From positions 25,483-89,482 of the forward strand of contig JAVKIP010000011.1 in NCBI GenBank assembly GCA_031459385.1: a stretch of 64,000 bases of DNA, read 5' to 3'. Origin of the DNA: Candidatus Fervidifonticultor secundus (GTDB lineage Bacteria > Sysuimicrobiota > Sysuimicrobiia > Sysuimicrobiales > Humicultoraceae). Positions 8,945 through 19,488 of this stretch are shown here, one piece after another (position 1 is the stretch's first letter; each line of letters begins with the position of its first letter). The notes beneath the pieces are model-generated. The model was not told the origin of the DNA. It saw only the letters and a list, made by a program, of their open reading frames with translations, and searched no databases. A program made the translations under genes and the position numbers.

Positions 8945-11503
8945 ATGCTGCCGCATGCGCCGCTGCTGCCCCCGCTGGTCTGGATCGCCGCGGCCACAGC
9001 CAGCGGCATCGCCCTGCACGCGCACTGGCCGGCGCCGTGGGGCCCAAGCGCCGGGGTGCTCGCGGTCCTGGTCGCCGTGTGGGCTGGCCTCCTTCGGCGT
9101 GGTTGGGAACACCTGGGGGCGGTCCTGGCGCTTGGCGCCTGCGCCGCCCTGGGGTTCGTGCACGCGGCCGCCGCCGACGCCCGCCAGCCATCCTGGCCCG
9201 CGGCTGCCGACGGGCGCCGTGTCGAGATCCGCGGCGCGATCCGTGCGGGCCCCGAACCCGGTCCCCACGGCTGGTGGGCCGTGGTGCGCGTGCGCGGCCT
9301 GCGCGTGGCCGGAGCGGTGCCGCGCGGTCGCCGCACCGGCATGCCGCCGTGGGAGGCGCCGCTCGGTCCGGTCGAGGCTGCGGCCGGGCTCGTGCGCGCC
9401 ACCGGGCGCGGGCCCACGCCCGCCGTCCGCCCGGGCGACGAGGTGCTGCTACGCGGGCGCTTCCGGCTGGGCCGCCCCGCAGGCAACCCCGGCGAGCGCG
9501 CGGAACGCGACGCGCTGCGCCGGCGCGGGCTGGCCGGCGTCATTGCCCTCGACCGGGACCGCGGGCTCGAGGTGATCGGCCGGGCGGGATGGTCGCCGCG
9601 CGCGGCGGTCGGTGCGGCGCGTCGCCGGATCGTCGAGGTCACGCGGCGAGCGCAACCCGATCCCCACGCGGCGCTGGTACTGAGCCTGCTGCTCGGCATC
9701 GACGCATTCCTGCCGCCCGAGCTCTACCAGCGGTTCACGCAGGCCGGGCTGGTGCACCTCATGGTCGTCTCGGGCGCGCAGGTCGCCATCGTGGCCGGTG
9801 TGCTCGCAGCGCTGGCGGGCGCCCTCCGGCTGCACCCGTGGGTCCGGGCGGGGCTCGTGGGCACCGGCATCGGGACCTTCGCCGCGCTCGTGGGCTGGGC
9901 GCCGTCGGTGGGCCGGGCCGTGCTCATGACTGGCCTGGCCCTGATGGCCGCCACGGTGGGACGGCAGCGCGATCCGGCGACGTCGCTCGCGGCCGCCGCG
10001 CTGGGCCTGCTCGCCGCGAATCCGGCCGTGCTGTTCGACGTGGGGTTCCAGCTGTCGTTCGCCGCCACCTGGGGGCTGCTCTATCTGGCCCCGGTACTGG
10101 CGGCGACGGTCGGGGCGGTCCCCGCGTGGGCGGCGCGGGCCGCGCCGCCCGCGCAGGGTGTGGCCGCACCTGCGGCGACGGGGGGCCGCGTCATCGGCGC
10201 CCGTCGCATCCTCGCTGCCGTGGTGGCTGGCCTGGCTGCGTCGCTGGGCGCGCAGATCGCAGTCGCGCCGCTGCTCGCCCTGCACTTCCAGAGCCTGCCG
10301 GCTGCCGGGCTCGTGGCGAATGCGCTGGCCCTGCCCATCGTGGCGTCGCTGGTGCCGGTAGGGTTCGCGCTGCTGGCGGTGGTGCTGCTGCTGCCGGACC
10401 TGGGCGGCGCGCTGCTGGGGCTGCTGCGTCCCGCGACGGCCGCGCTCGTCTGGATCGCCGAGCGCACGGGCGGGCTGCCATGGGCGGTGGTCACCACGCC
10501 TCCTGTGTCGGCGCCTGTGGCTGCGGTCGCGTACCTGGCGCTCGGGGCGGCCGTCGCCGCAGGCCGCGGCACCTGGCGGCCCGCGCGGAGCGTGCGCACC
10601 GGCGCTGCCGCGGTCCTGGTCGGGGCCAGCGCGATCTGGCTGTCCGCAGCCGTGCGGCCGCCGTCGGTCCTGCTGGTCACGGTCCTCGACGTCGGGCAGG
10701 GCGACGCCATCCTGATCCAGAGTCCCTCGGGCCGCGTCGCGCTCATCGACGCGGGCGGCGACCTGGATGCCGCAGCCACCGGCCGCGACGTGGGGCGGCG
10801 CCGGGTCCTCCCCGCCCTGCGCCGTGCCGGCGTGCGCCGTCTGGATGTGGCCGCGCTCTCGCACCCGCACGAGGACCACGTGGGAGGACTGCCTGCGGTC
10901 GTGGAGAACTTCCCGGTCGGAGTCGTGCTGGATCCCGGCGTCCCGCATCCATCGCCCGCCTATCTCCGCCTGCTGGGCGCCATCCAGGGCGGGCGGATTC
11001 CTCACCGAATCGCGCGGGAGGGTATGGAGGTGGACCTCGGGGCGGGCGTCCGCCTCTCGGTGCTCTATCCGCCGGACGTCCCGCCCGCCGTCGACGACGA
11101 CCCGGTCCACGCCCGCGGGCTGGTGGCCCGCGTGCAGTACGGCGCGTTCGCCGCGCTCCTGACCGGTGACGTCGAGGACGGCGTCGAGGAGTACCTGCTC
11201 GGCCGCGGGGTGGTGCTGGAGAGCGTGGTCCTCAAAGTCGGGCACCACGGGAGCCGGACGTCCACCAGCGCCGCGTTCGTGGCCGCGGTCCGTCCACGGG
11301 TCGCGGTCCTCTCCGTGGGGGCCGACAACGTCCACGGTCACCCGCATCCGGCGGTGCTCGACGCGCTCTGGCGCGCGGGGGCCCGCATCTACCGCACCGA
11401 CCGGCACGGCGCGGTGCGCATCGAGAGCGACGGGGTCGTCCTCCGCGTGCGGCCCCATCGCGGCGAGCCTGCCCCGGGGCCCGATGCCGTGCGCCTGCCG
11501 TGA
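8945..11503 (+). CDS. comEC: DNA internalization competence protein ComEC/Rec2
   Basis: GLVHLMVVSG, FDVGFQLSF, LDVGQGDAI, SHPHEDHVGG, KVGHHGS, YRTDRHGAV. Confidence 0.95.
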   Translation: MLPHAPLLPPLVWIAAATASGIALHAHWPAPWGPSAGVLAVLVAVWAGLLRRGWEHLGAVLALGACAALGFVHAAAADARQPSWPAAADGRRVEIRGAIRAGPEPGPHGWWAVVRVRGLRVAGAVPRGRRTGMPPWEAPLGPVEAAAGLVRATGRGPTPAVRPGDEVLLRGRFRLGRPAGNPGERAERDALRRRGLAGVIALDRDRGLEVIGRAGWSPRAAVGAARRRIVEVTRRAQPDPHAALVLSLLLGIDAFLPPELYQRFTQAGLVHLMVVSGAQVAIVAGVLAALAGALRLHPWVRAGLVGTGIGTFAALVGWAPSVGRAVLMTGLALMAATVGRQRDPATSLAAAALGLLAANPAVLFDVGFQLSFAATWGLLYLAPVLAATVGAVPAWAARAAPPAQGVAAPAATGGRVIGARRILAAVVAGLAASLGAQIAVAPLLALHFQSLPAAGLVANALALPIVASLVPVGFALLAVVLLLPDLGGALLGLLRPATAALVWIAERTGGLPWAVVTTPPVSAPVAAVAYLALGAAVAAGRGTWRPARSVRTGAAAVLVGASAIWLSAAVRPPSVLLVTVLDVGQGDAILIQSPSGRVALIDAGGDLDAAATGRDVGRRRVLPALRRAGVRRLDVAALSHPHEDHVGGLPAVVENFPVGVVLDPGVPHPSPAYLRLLGAIQGGRIPHRIAREGMEVDLGAGVRLSVLYPPDVPPAVDDDPVHARGLVARVQYGAFAALLTGDVEDGVEEYLLGRGVVLESVVLKVGHHGSRTSTSAAFVAAVRPRVAVLSVGADNVHGHPHPAVLDALWRAGARIYRTDRHGAVRIESDGVVLRVRPHRGEPAPGPDAVRLP

Positions 11504-11529
11504 ACTCCGCCCCGCGGGCCGGCGCCGGC

Positions 11530-12507
11530 ATGGGTGAGCGGCCGACGCTGATCATCGGCGAGGAAGAGTTCCTCGCGGAGGAGGCGCTGGGGCGCCTGCT
11601 GGATCGGCTGCTCCCGGGCGAGGAGCGGGCCCTGAACCTCGACGTGCTCGAGGCCACCGCGCCCGTCGGCGAGCTGCTCGTGCGCCTGCAGACGGCGCCG
11701 TTCTTCGGCCCGCGCCGGGTGGTCGTGGTCCGGCGCCTGGAGGCGATGCGCGACGCCGATCAAGAGCGGCTCGCGGCGCACCTGGACGCGGCGGGCGAGG
11801 CGCCCACCGCGGCGATCTTCGTCGCGCGCGAGCTCGACCGACGCCGACGCCTGTTCCAGGTGTTCACGCGACGCGCCGAGATCGTGGAGTGCCGGCCGCT
11901 GCCCCCGCGGGAGCTCCCCCGGTGGGTGGCCGAGCGGTTCCGGGCCGTCGGCAAGCGGGCCGGGCCCGGTGCCGCCGAGCAGCTGGTGGCGCTGGCGGGC
12001 AGCGGGCTGCGCGACCTCGCCCACGAGGTGGAGAAGGTGGCAGCCTACGCGGGTGATCGGGCCATCGTTACGCCGGCGGACGTGACGGCGATCGCCAGCC
12101 GCCTGGGAGAGGCCTCGGTCTTCACGCTGGTGGACGCCGTGGGCAACGGAGAGATGGCCACGGCCTTGCGCGCGCTGCACGACAACCTGGCCACCCACGA
12201 GCCCCTGCAGGTGCTGTTCATGATCGCCCGGCAGTTCCGGTTGATCCTCCGCGCGCACCACCTGGTCGCCCGGGGCGGCGGCGCCGCGGTCGCGGACCGG
12301 CTGGGCGTGCCGCCGTTCGTGGCGCGCAAGGTGGCCGAGCAGGCACGGCGGTTCCGCGCCGGCCAGTTCCCGGGGATCTTCGCGGCGCTGGAAGACGCCG
12401 ATCGGACCATCAAGAGCGGGAGCCCCGCCAGGCTGGTGCTCGAGACGCTGATCGTGCGGCTGTGCGGCGGCGAGCGGCGCGCCGCGGTGGGGCGGCGGGG
12501 ACGGTGA
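11530..12507 (+). CDS. holA: DNA polymerase III subunit delta
   Basis: LIIGEEEFL, TAPFFGPRRVVVV, EVEKVAAY, VFTLVDAV, ADRTIKSG; follows comEC. Confidence 0.92.
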   Translation: MGERPTLIIGEEEFLAEEALGRLLDRLLPGEERALNLDVLEATAPVGELLVRLQTAPFFGPRRVVVVRRLEAMRDADQERLAAHLDAAGEAPTAAIFVARELDRRRRLFQVFTRRAEIVECRPLPPRELPRWVAERFRAVGKRAGPGAAEQLVALAGSGLRDLAHEVEKVAAYAGDRAIVTPADVTAIASRLGEASVFTLVDAVGNGEMATALRALHDNLATHEPLQVLFMIARQFRLILRAHHLVARGGGAAVADRLGVPPFVARKVAEQARRFRAGQFPGIFAALEDADRTIKSGSPARLVLETLIVRLCGGERRAAVGRRGR

Positions 12508-12605
12508 CGGCGCCGGTGGGGCGGACCTGCCCGCGGCAGTGTCGCACCCACCCAGCCGCCGCCGGGAGCGAAGAGACGCTCTTCGCCGCCCCCTGCGCCG
12601 CGCGG

Positions 12606-12854
12606 TCAGGCGGGACGGGCGCTCGCGCGGCGCATCAGGCGGGCCTTGGTGCGGGCGGCGACGTTGGGGTGAATGACGCGGCGCAGCGCGGCTTTGTCCA
12701 GCGCCTTCTGCGCCAGGGGGATCCGGGACGGATCGGCCAGCGCCCGTTTCACCAGCGTCTTGATGCGCGACTTCACCGACGCGTTGGCCGCGCGCCGGCG
12801 CGCCGACTTGCGCAGATGCTTGAGCCCCGATCTGATCCGCTTGGCCACGTGCAT
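12606..12854 (-). CDS. rpsT: 30S ribosomal protein S20
   Basis: NASVKSRIKT..LDKAA..VIHPNVAARTKARL; GGAGG SD (true start may be GTG 12848); convergent with holA. Confidence 0.93.
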   Translation of the reverse strand: MHVAKRIRSGLKHLRKSARRRAANASVKSRIKTLVKRALADPSRIPLAQKALDKAALRRVIHPNVAARTKARLMRRASARPA

Positions 12855-12897
12855 GCCTCCTGCAGGGGCGCACAGCCCGCTGCGTCAGTCCCGCGGC

Positions 12898-12926
12898 ATT
12901 CTAGCACGCGCGCCGGAGACGGACAA
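12898..12926 (-). promoter_or_regulatory. rpsT promoter
   Basis: On the minus strand: TTGTCC-N17-TAGAAT with an extended -10 TG. Confidence 0.7.
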
Positions 12927-12940
12927 GCCGACGATCGCTC

Positions 12941-14548
12941 ATGACCGTCGCGCCGCCGCGCCTGGTGCGTGCCGCGTCACTGCTGGCAGTGGCGACGGTG
13001 GGCAGCCGCGTCCTGGGCCTGGTCCGCGAGATCGTCGTGGCGGCGCTGTTCGGCGCCACGGATGCGAAAGCCGCGTACGTGATCGGGTACTATGTGCCGT
13101 TCTTCGTGCAGCGGCTGTTCCTCGGCGGGACGCTCTCCATCGTGCTGATCCCCACCCTGGCCGAGGTCGAGGCCCGGGCGGGCGAGGTCGAGCGCGCGCG
13201 CGTCGTCGGGTCGCTCTTCACGCTGGTCGTGGGCGTGGGCGCGGCGATGGTCGTCCTGGGACAGCTGGCGGCGCCCTGGCTGGTGCCGATCGCCGCGCCA
13301 GGGTTTGCGGCGAACCCCGCGCAGATGGCGCTCACGGTGCACCTGACGCGCATCAACTTCCTGGCGATGTTCTTCCTGGCCCTGGCGGTGTTCGCCACGG
13401 CCTATCTCCAGGCCCGGCAGCGGTTCACCGCGCCGGCGCTGGCGCCGCTGGCGTTCAACGTGACGATCATCGTGCTGACCCTCTGGCTGGGCCCGCGGCT
13501 GGGGATCACCGGGCTGGCCGTGGCCTGGGTGGCCGGCACAGCAGTGCTGTTCGCCGCGCAGGCACCGGCGCTGTGGACGGCCGGGTTCCGCGCGCGTCTG
13601 ACCGTCGACTGGACCCATCCCGCGTTGCGCACGCTGGCGCGGCTGGCGTTCCCCGCCATGCTCGGCCTGGCCATCGTCGAGATCAACGCCTACGTCGGTC
13701 GGCTGCTCGCCTCGCTGTTGCCCGCCGTCCCTGGCGTCAACGCCGTTGCGGCGCTGGACTACGCGTACGAGGTCGTGCAGGCGCCGATCGGCATTCTGGC
13801 CATCTCGGTCGCGACGGTCCTCTTCCCGGGCATGAGCCAGGCCGCTGCCGGCGGCGACCACGCGGCGCTCCGGCAGACGACGGCGCTCGGGATCCGTGCC
13901 CTGGTGTTCCTCGTGCTGCCGGTGTCTCTGGCCCTGGCGGCGCTGGCCGAGCCAGTGGTGCGCGTGGTGTTCGAGCGCGGCGAGTTCGGCACCGGCGCCA
14001 CGGCCACGGTGGCCGCGTGCCTGGCGGCCTATGCGGTGGGCCTGGTGCCCATGGCGCTGTACTACGTGGCGACGCGGGCCTTCTACGCCCTGCAGCGCGT
14101 GCGCACGCCCGTCGCGGTGGGCGCCGCCATGGTGGTGGTGAACGCGCTGCTGGCCCTGGGGCTGATGCGCCGTCTGGGCGTCGCAGGGATCGCGCTGGCC
14201 AGCGGCGTGGTGGCCGTCGCCAACGTGGCCGTGCTGCTGATCCTGCTGGCGCGCGCGCTCGGGGGCCTGGAGGGCGGGCGGGCGGCGTCCACCGCGCTGC
14301 GAGCCGGGCTCGCCGCCGCCGCCGCCGTGGCGGGCGCGCGGGTGGTGCTGACCGGGCTCCACGACAGCCTGGCGCCGGCAGGCGCTGCCGGGCGCGCGGC
14401 GGCGCTGGGCGTGGCGCTCGGCGCCGCCGCGATCATCTACCTGGCTGGCTGCGCGGCCCTGCGCGTCGAGGAGGTGGCGCTCCTGCGGGATCTGGTGCGC
14501 CGGCGGGGACGGCGGGCGGCCGCGCCCGCCGCGTCGGGCGTTCCTTGA
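12941..14548 (+). CDS. murJ: Lipid II flippase MurJ
   Basis: SRVLGLVREIVVAALFG, PALAPLAFN, SVATVLFP, VFERGEF, RAFYALQ. Confidence 0.95.
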   Translation: MTVAPPRLVRAASLLAVATVGSRVLGLVREIVVAALFGATDAKAAYVIGYYVPFFVQRLFLGGTLSIVLIPTLAEVEARAGEVERARVVGSLFTLVVGVGAAMVVLGQLAAPWLVPIAAPGFAANPAQMALTVHLTRINFLAMFFLALAVFATAYLQARQRFTAPALAPLAFNVTIIVLTLWLGPRLGITGLAVAWVAGTAVLFAAQAPALWTAGFRARLTVDWTHPALRTLARLAFPAMLGLAIVEINAYVGRLLASLLPAVPGVNAVAALDYAYEVVQAPIGILAISVATVLFPGMSQAAAGGDHAALRQTTALGIRALVFLVLPVSLALAALAEPVVRVVFERGEFGTGATATVAACLAAYAVGLVPMALYYVATRAFYALQRVRTPVAVGAAMVVVNALLALGLMRRLGVAGIALASGVVAVANVAVLLILLARALGGLEGGRAASTALRAGLAAAAAVAGARVVLTGLHDSLAPAGAAGRAAALGVALGAAAIIYLAGCAALRVEEVALLRDLVRRRGRRAAAPAASGVP

Positions 14549-14574
14549 CCTGGGGACAACCGTGATGGTAGGCT
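14545..14574 (+). promoter_or_regulatory. hrcA operon promoter
   Basis: TTGACC-N18-TAGGCT just upstream of CIRCE. Confidence 0.65.
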
Positions 14575-14583
14575 GGGTGGTGA

Positions 14584-14610
14584 TTAGCACTCTCGTCGTG
14601 AGAGTGCTAA
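14584..14610 (+). promoter_or_regulatory. CIRCE element (HrcA operator)
   Basis: Perfect TTAGCACTC-N9-GAGTGCTAA. Confidence 0.98.
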
Positions 14611-14629
14611 TCTCGGGAGGGTCGAGGGG

Positions 14630-15655
14630 ATGACCCAGCTCGACGAGCGCAAGCGGGCGGTGCTGTGCGCCGTGGTCGAGGAGTACATCCGCTCGGCGGA
14701 GCCCGTCGGCTCGGAACACCCCGCGGTCCGCGAGCGCGTGGGCGTCAGCCCGGCCACGATCCGGAACACGATGGCCGCGCTCGAAGAGCTAGAGCTGCTG
14801 ACCCACCCGCACACCTCGGCCGGCCGGGTGCCCACCGACGCGGGCTACCGGCTGTACGTGGACCTGCTGCTGCACGCCGAGCCGCTGCCGGCGGCCGAGC
14901 GCCAGACGATCCGGCGGCGGCTGGAGCGCACGGCGGACCCCGACGAGGTCCCCGAGGAGGCCGCGCGCGTGCTGGCTCTGGTGACCCACTACGCGTCGGT
15001 GGTGGCCTCGGCCTCGCTCGAGCACCAGACGTTCCGCTCGCTGCACCTGATGCCGGTGGGCGCCCGCCGCGCGCTGGCAGTCATCGTGACGACCGCGGGC
15101 GGTTTCCAGGGCCGCGTGATCGACCTGCCCGAAGGGATCGGCCCGGACGATCTCGAGCAACTGTCGCGGACGCTCACGCAGCGCCTCCAGGGCGTGCGCC
15201 TGGCAGATCTCACGCACGACTGGCTGGAACGGGCTGTGGACGAGGCGTCGTGGCACCACCGGCTGCTGCAGGAGGTGCAGGGCTGGCTGCGCCGCGAGGT
15301 GGCGCGGGGCGGGGTGCGCATTGTGGTGGAAGGCACGCGGCACCTGCTCCGCGAGCCCGAGTTCCACCGGCCCGAGGCCGCCACGCGCGTGCTGTCGGTG
15401 CTCGAAGAGGAGACGCTCCTGGCCGAAGCGCTGGCCGGGGCCCCGGCGGAGGGCGTCTGGATCACCATCGGCAGCGAGAATCGCCGCGAGGAGCTGCGCG
15501 CGTGCAGCCTCGTTGTGGCCACCTACCGCGCGGGCGGGCAGCCCGCCGGGCTCGTGGGCCTCGTGGGACCCACCCGCATGCGCTACCGTCGCGCGGTGTC
15601 CGCGGTGCGCTACGTGGCCGACCGGCTGAGCGAAGCCCTCGCGGCGCTGGAGTAG
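14630..15655 (+). CDS. hrcA: Heat-inducible transcription repressor HrcA
   Basis: EPVGS, SPATIRN, PHTSAGRVPTDAGYR, GPTRMRY; preceded by CIRCE. Confidence 0.97.
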   Translation: MTQLDERKRAVLCAVVEEYIRSAEPVGSEHPAVRERVGVSPATIRNTMAALEELELLTHPHTSAGRVPTDAGYRLYVDLLLHAEPLPAAERQTIRRRLERTADPDEVPEEAARVLALVTHYASVVASASLEHQTFRSLHLMPVGARRALAVIVTTAGGFQGRVIDLPEGIGPDDLEQLSRTLTQRLQGVRLADLTHDWLERAVDEASWHHRLLQEVQGWLRREVARGGVRIVVEGTRHLLREPEFHRPEAATRVLSVLEEETLLAEALAGAPAEGVWITIGSENRREELRACSLVVATYRAGGQPAGLVGLVGPTRMRYRRAVSAVRYVADRLSEALAALE

Positions 15656-15664
15656 CCCCGGCCC

Positions 15665-16786
15665 GTGCCGTCCCGGGATCTCTATGCCGTCCTCGGGGTG
15701 GATCGTAACGCCACGCAGGAGGAGATCAAGCAGGCGTTCCGCCGTCTGGCCCGTGAGTACCACCCCGACGTCAACAAGTCCGCCGGCGCCGAGGAACGGT
15801 TCAAGGAGATCAACGAGGCGTACCAGATCCTGGGCGATCCAGCCAAGCGCCAGCAGTACGACCGCTTCGGTCGGGTGACCGGTGACGTCGACCGCGATCC
15901 TTTCGCGGGGACCTCGCCCTTCGACGACCTCTTCGAGATGTTCTTCGGCGGCCGCCCCGGCGGGACGCGCGCTGCGGCCGAGGCGCGCGAGGCGCCCGAG
16001 CGGGGTGCCGACCTGCGGGTCGAGCTGGAGATCACGCTGGAGGAGGTCGCCACAGGGGTCGAGCGGCGCATCCAGGTGCCCCGGCTCGAGACCTGCCCCG
16101 CCTGTTTTGGGACCGGCGCCGAGCGCGGCTCGCGGCCGGAACGGTGCCCGACTTGCCAGGGAACCGGCGAGATCCGGCATGTCTCGCGCACCGTCTTCGG
16201 GCACTTCACGCGGATCGGACCGTGTCCGCAGTGCGGCGGGGTGGGCACGTACATCGCCAACCCGTGTCGGCAGTGCCGCGGCGCAGGCCGGGTGGAGGCG
16301 CAGCGCGAGGTCACCGTCACCATTCCGGCCGGAGTCGAGGACGGCATGCAGCTGCGCCTGGCGGGTGAGGGGGAAGCCGGCGCCCGGGGCGGCGCGCGCG
16401 GCGACCTCTACGTCGTGGTGCGGGTGGCGCCTCACCGGGTGTTCACACGTCGCGGCCCCGACCTGTCGTGCGAGCTGGAGATCTCGATGGTCCAGGCCGC
16501 GCTCGGCGACGTGATGCACATCGAGACGCTCACCGGGACGGCGAAGCTCGAGGTGCCACCCGGCACCCAGCCGGGCGCGCGGCTCGTGCTGCGGGGCCAC
16601 GGGTTGCCCGACCTGCGCGGCGGCAGGGGCGACCTCTACGTCACCGTCCGCGTGGTCATCCCCACGCGCCTGACCCCGGAGCAGCGCGCGCTGCTGGAGC
16701 AGTTCGCGCAGCGTGGCGGTGCGCGCGGCGGGCGGCGGAAACCCATCTTGAAGAAGGTCAAGGACCTGCTGCAGCCCTCGTCGTGA
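15665..16786 (+). CDS. dnaJ: Chaperone DnaJ
   Basis: J-domain HPD, four CxxCxGxG repeats, GDLYV motifs. Confidence 0.97.
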   Translation: MPSRDLYAVLGVDRNATQEEIKQAFRRLAREYHPDVNKSAGAEERFKEINEAYQILGDPAKRQQYDRFGRVTGDVDRDPFAGTSPFDDLFEMFFGGRPGGTRAAAEAREAPERGADLRVELEITLEEVATGVERRIQVPRLETCPACFGTGAERGSRPERCPTCQGTGEIRHVSRTVFGHFTRIGPCPQCGGVGTYIANPCRQCRGAGRVEAQREVTVTIPAGVEDGMQLRLAGEGEAGARGGARGDLYVVVRVAPHRVFTRRGPDLSCELEISMVQAALGDVMHIETLTGTAKLEVPPGTQPGARLVLRGHGLPDLRGGRGDLYVTVRVVIPTRLTPEQRALLEQFAQRGGARGGRRKPILKKVKDLLQPSS

Positions 16787-17664
16787 GGTGGATCGAGGTC
16801 GCGGTGGCCGTGCGGCCGGGGGAGGTCGAGGCCGCTGGTGCGCTGCTGCTCCGGGCTGCGCCCGCAGGGTTCGCCGAGGTGCTGCGGCGCCGGCGGCGGG
16901 TCCTGCTGGCGTACCTGCCTGCGTCGGCCGCCGGACGGGCAGCGCTGCGCCGGCTGCGGCTTGCGCTGCGCGGTCTGGGCCTGCACCCGCAGGCCCGCGT
17001 GCGCTCCGAGGCGGGCTGGCTGGTCCCGCAGCACGCGCACCACCGGCCGGTGCCCGTGGGCCCCATCGAGGTCCAGCCGGCGCAGTGGCGGCGTCCGCCA
17101 GCCGGCGGGCGCGTGGCCGTGCGGCTCGACGCCGGGATGGCGTTCGGCAGCGGCACGCACCCCACGACGCAGCTGTGCTTGCGGGGTCTGCTGCCGCTCG
17201 CGCGCGGCGCACGGGTGATCGACGTGGGGACGGGCTCCGGCATTCTGGCCATTGCGGCGGCACGCCTGGGCGCCGCGCGGGTACTGGCCATCGACACCGA
17301 CCCCGTTGCCGTAGCGGTGGCGCGGGCCAACGTGCGGAACAACGGGGTGGGCCAGCGCGTGCACGTGCGGCAGGGCGACGGTGTGCGCGGCGTGCGCGGG
17401 CGGGCCGACCTGGTGCTGGCCAACCTGACCGCCGAGGAGGTTGGCCGCGTGCTGCCGCAGCTGGTCCGGCGCCTCCGCCCGGGCGGGCGCGTGGTACTCA
17501 GCGGTTTCAGCTACGCTCGTGCGGCCGGTGTGGCGGCCGCGGCGGCGCGCTGCGGGCTGGCCGTGGAACGCGTCGCGCGGCTCCGCGGGTGGGCCGCGGT
17601 GCACGCGCGCACGGACGCGCGCCAGCGGACCGGGGCGGCGTCCGGACGGCGGGCGGGACCGTGA
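16783..17664 (+). CDS. prmA: Ribosomal protein L11 methyltransferase
   Basis: GTGA overlap with dna[32 protein letters not shown]. Confidence 0.92.
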   Translation: MRWIEVAVAVRPGEVEAAGALLLRAAPAGFAEVLRRRRRVLLAYLPASAAGRAALRRLRLALRGLGLHPQARVRSEAGWLVPQHAHHRPVPVGPIEVQPAQWRRPPAGGRVAVRLDAGMAFGSGTHPTTQLCLRGLLPLARGARVIDVGTGSGILAIAAARLGAARVLAIDTDPVAVAVARANVRNNGVGQRVHVRQGDGVRGVRGRADLVLANLTAEEVGRVLPQLVRRLRPGGRVVLSGFSYARAAGVAAAAARCGLAVERVARLRGWAAVHARTDARQRTGAASGRRAGP

Positions 17665-18419
17665 GCGCGGGCGGGCCGCCGCGGCAGCCGGTGCGGCGCT
17701 TCTACGTGGCGTCCGGCAGCCTGCAGGGCTCCGCGATCGCGTTCGCCCCGCGCGAGGCCCACCACATCGCCCGCGTGCTGCGCCTGCGGGCCGGGACGCG
17801 CATCGTGGCGTTCGACGGCACCCAGGAGGTCGACGCGGAACTGGTCGAGGTCTCGGGCCACGCGGTCACGGCGCGGGCCCTGGGCCCGGCGCGGCGCGTG
17901 GAACGTCCGGTGGCGATCACGCTGCTCCAGGGCCTCCCGCGGGGACCCAAGATGGACCTGATCGTCCGCATGGCCACCGAGATCGGCGTCGCCGCCGTGC
18001 AGCCGGTCCTGACCACGCGCAGCCTGCCGACCGCGGGCGCCGCGCGCCTGGAGCGGTGGCGGCGAATCGCGCGCGAGGCCGCGCGGCAGTGCGGCCGCGG
18101 AGATGTGCCGACGATCGACGCGCCCGCACCGCTGGTCGAGGCCCTGGCCGTCCTGGGCCCGGTGGACCTGCTGGTGGTGCCGTGGGAGCGCGCCACGCGC
18201 CCCCTGGGAGCGGCGACAGCGGGCCGGCCGTTCGTCACGGCGGGCGTGGTCGTGGGGCCGGAGGGCGGGCTCACCGACGACGAGGTGGCGGCCGTGACTG
18301 CCGCCGGCGGCGTTGCGGTCTCGTTGGGGCCGCTGGTGCTGCGCACGGAGACTGCGGGCGTGGTGACAGTGGCCATGCTGCTCTACGAGCGGCTGCTGCG
18401 ATTGCATTTCGATTCATAA
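17661..18419 (+). CDS. rsmE: 16S rRNA m3U1498 methyltransferase
   Basis: HHIARVLRL, REAARQCGR, VGPEGGL, LGPLVLRTETA. Confidence 0.95.
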   Translation: MSAGGPPRQPVRRFYVASGSLQGSAIAFAPREAHHIARVLRLRAGTRIVAFDGTQEVDAELVEVSGHAVTARALGPARRVERPVAITLLQGLPRGPKMDLIVRMATEIGVAAVQPVLTTRSLPTAGAARLERWRRIAREAARQCGRGDVPTIDAPAPLVEALAVLGPVDLLVVPWERATRPLGAATAGRPFVTAGVVVGPEGGLTDDEVAAVTAAGGVAVSLGPLVLRTETAGVVTVAMLLYERLLRLHFDS

Positions 18420-18438
18420 GACTGTATACTTATGCAGT
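18401..18438 (+). promoter_or_regulatory. arg operon promoter overlaid by two tandem ARG boxes
   Basis: aTTGCATttcgATTCAta (18401-18418) and acTGTATacttATGCAgt (18421-18438); TTGCAT-N17-TATACT; an AT-rich patch in GC-rich DNA; argR in the same operon. Confidence 0.85.
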
Positions 18439-18439
18439 C

Positions 18440-19477
18440 ATGGCGATCCGGGTGAGCATTATCGGCGCCTCCGGCTACGGTGGCGGCGAACTGGTGCGGC
18501 TGCTGTGGGGGCATCCCCACGTACGACTGGTCCACCTCACCGCCGAGACCCGCAAGGCCGAGGCCTACGGCGACGTCTTCCCCAACCTGCGAGGCGTGGT
18601 GACCCACGCCACCGAGGAGGCGGACCTGGCGCGCGTCGCCGCCGACTCCGACGTGGTGTTCTTCGCGCTGCCCCACGGCATGCCGATGCAGATGGCCCCG
18701 CAGCTCGGCGACCGCGTGAAGATCATCGACCTGGGCGCCGACTTCCGGTTCCGCGATCCCGCGACGTACCAGCAGTGGTACCGGGTGCCGCATGCCTGCC
18801 CCGACCTGCTGGCCGCCGCGGTCTACGGGCAGCCCGAGGTGCACCGCGACCGGCTGCGCGCCGCGCGCGTGGTGGGCAATCCGGGCTGCTACCCCACCGC
18901 GGCGTTGCTGGCCATGGCGCCGTTCCTGCGGGCCGGGGTGGTGGAGGCCGACGGCATCGTGGTGGACGCCAAGTCGGGCGTCTCGGGCGCGGGCCGCGGT
19001 GTCTCCCTGGGCGTGCACTTCTCGGAGGTCAACGAGAACGTGAAGCCGTACAACGTGGCCGCGCACCGCCATCAGCCCGAGATCGCCCAGGAGATCCAGC
19101 AGCTCACGGGGCGCCCGGCCACCGTCACCTTCGTCCCGCACCTGGTCCCCATGACGCGCGGCATCCTGGCCACCGTCTACCTCCGCCTGCGGCAGCGGCT
19201 GACCGCGCAGGAGGCCGAGGGCCTGCTCCAGGAGGCCTACGCCCGCGAGCCCTTCGTGCGCGTGCTGACCGGCGCCCTGCCGCAGACCAAGGCCACCTGT
19301 GGCTCCAACTACTGCGACGTGGCCGTGCGGGTCGACCAGGATGCGGGGTGGGTCATCGCCATGGCCGCCATCGACAATCTGGTCAAGGGCGCCAGCGGCC
19401 AGGCCATCCAGAACATGAACATCATGTGGGGGCTTCCCGAGGACGCCGGCCTGCGGGTGTTGCCCCTCTACCCGTGA
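18440..19477 (+). CDS. argC: N-acetyl-gamma-glutamyl-phosphate reductase
   Basis: IIGASGYGGGEL, NPGCYPT, KSGVSGAGR, DNLVKGASGQA. Confidence 0.97.
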   Translation: MAIRVSIIGASGYGGGELVRLLWGHPHVRLVHLTAETRKAEAYGDVFPNLRGVVTHATEEADLARVAADSDVVFFALPHGMPMQMAPQLGDRVKIIDLGADFRFRDPATYQQWYRVPHACPDLLAAAVYGQPEVHRDRLRAARVVGNPGCYPTAALLAMAPFLRAGVVEADGIVVDAKSGVSGAGRGVSLGVHFSEVNENVKPYNVAAHRHQPEIAQEIQQLTGRPATVTFVPHLVPMTRGILATVYLRLRQRLTAQEAEGLLQEAYAREPFVRVLTGALPQTKATCGSNYCDVAVRVDQDAGWVIAMAAIDNLVKGASGQAIQNMNIMWGLPEDAGLRVLPLYP

Positions 19478-19488
19478 CGGAGGCGTCC

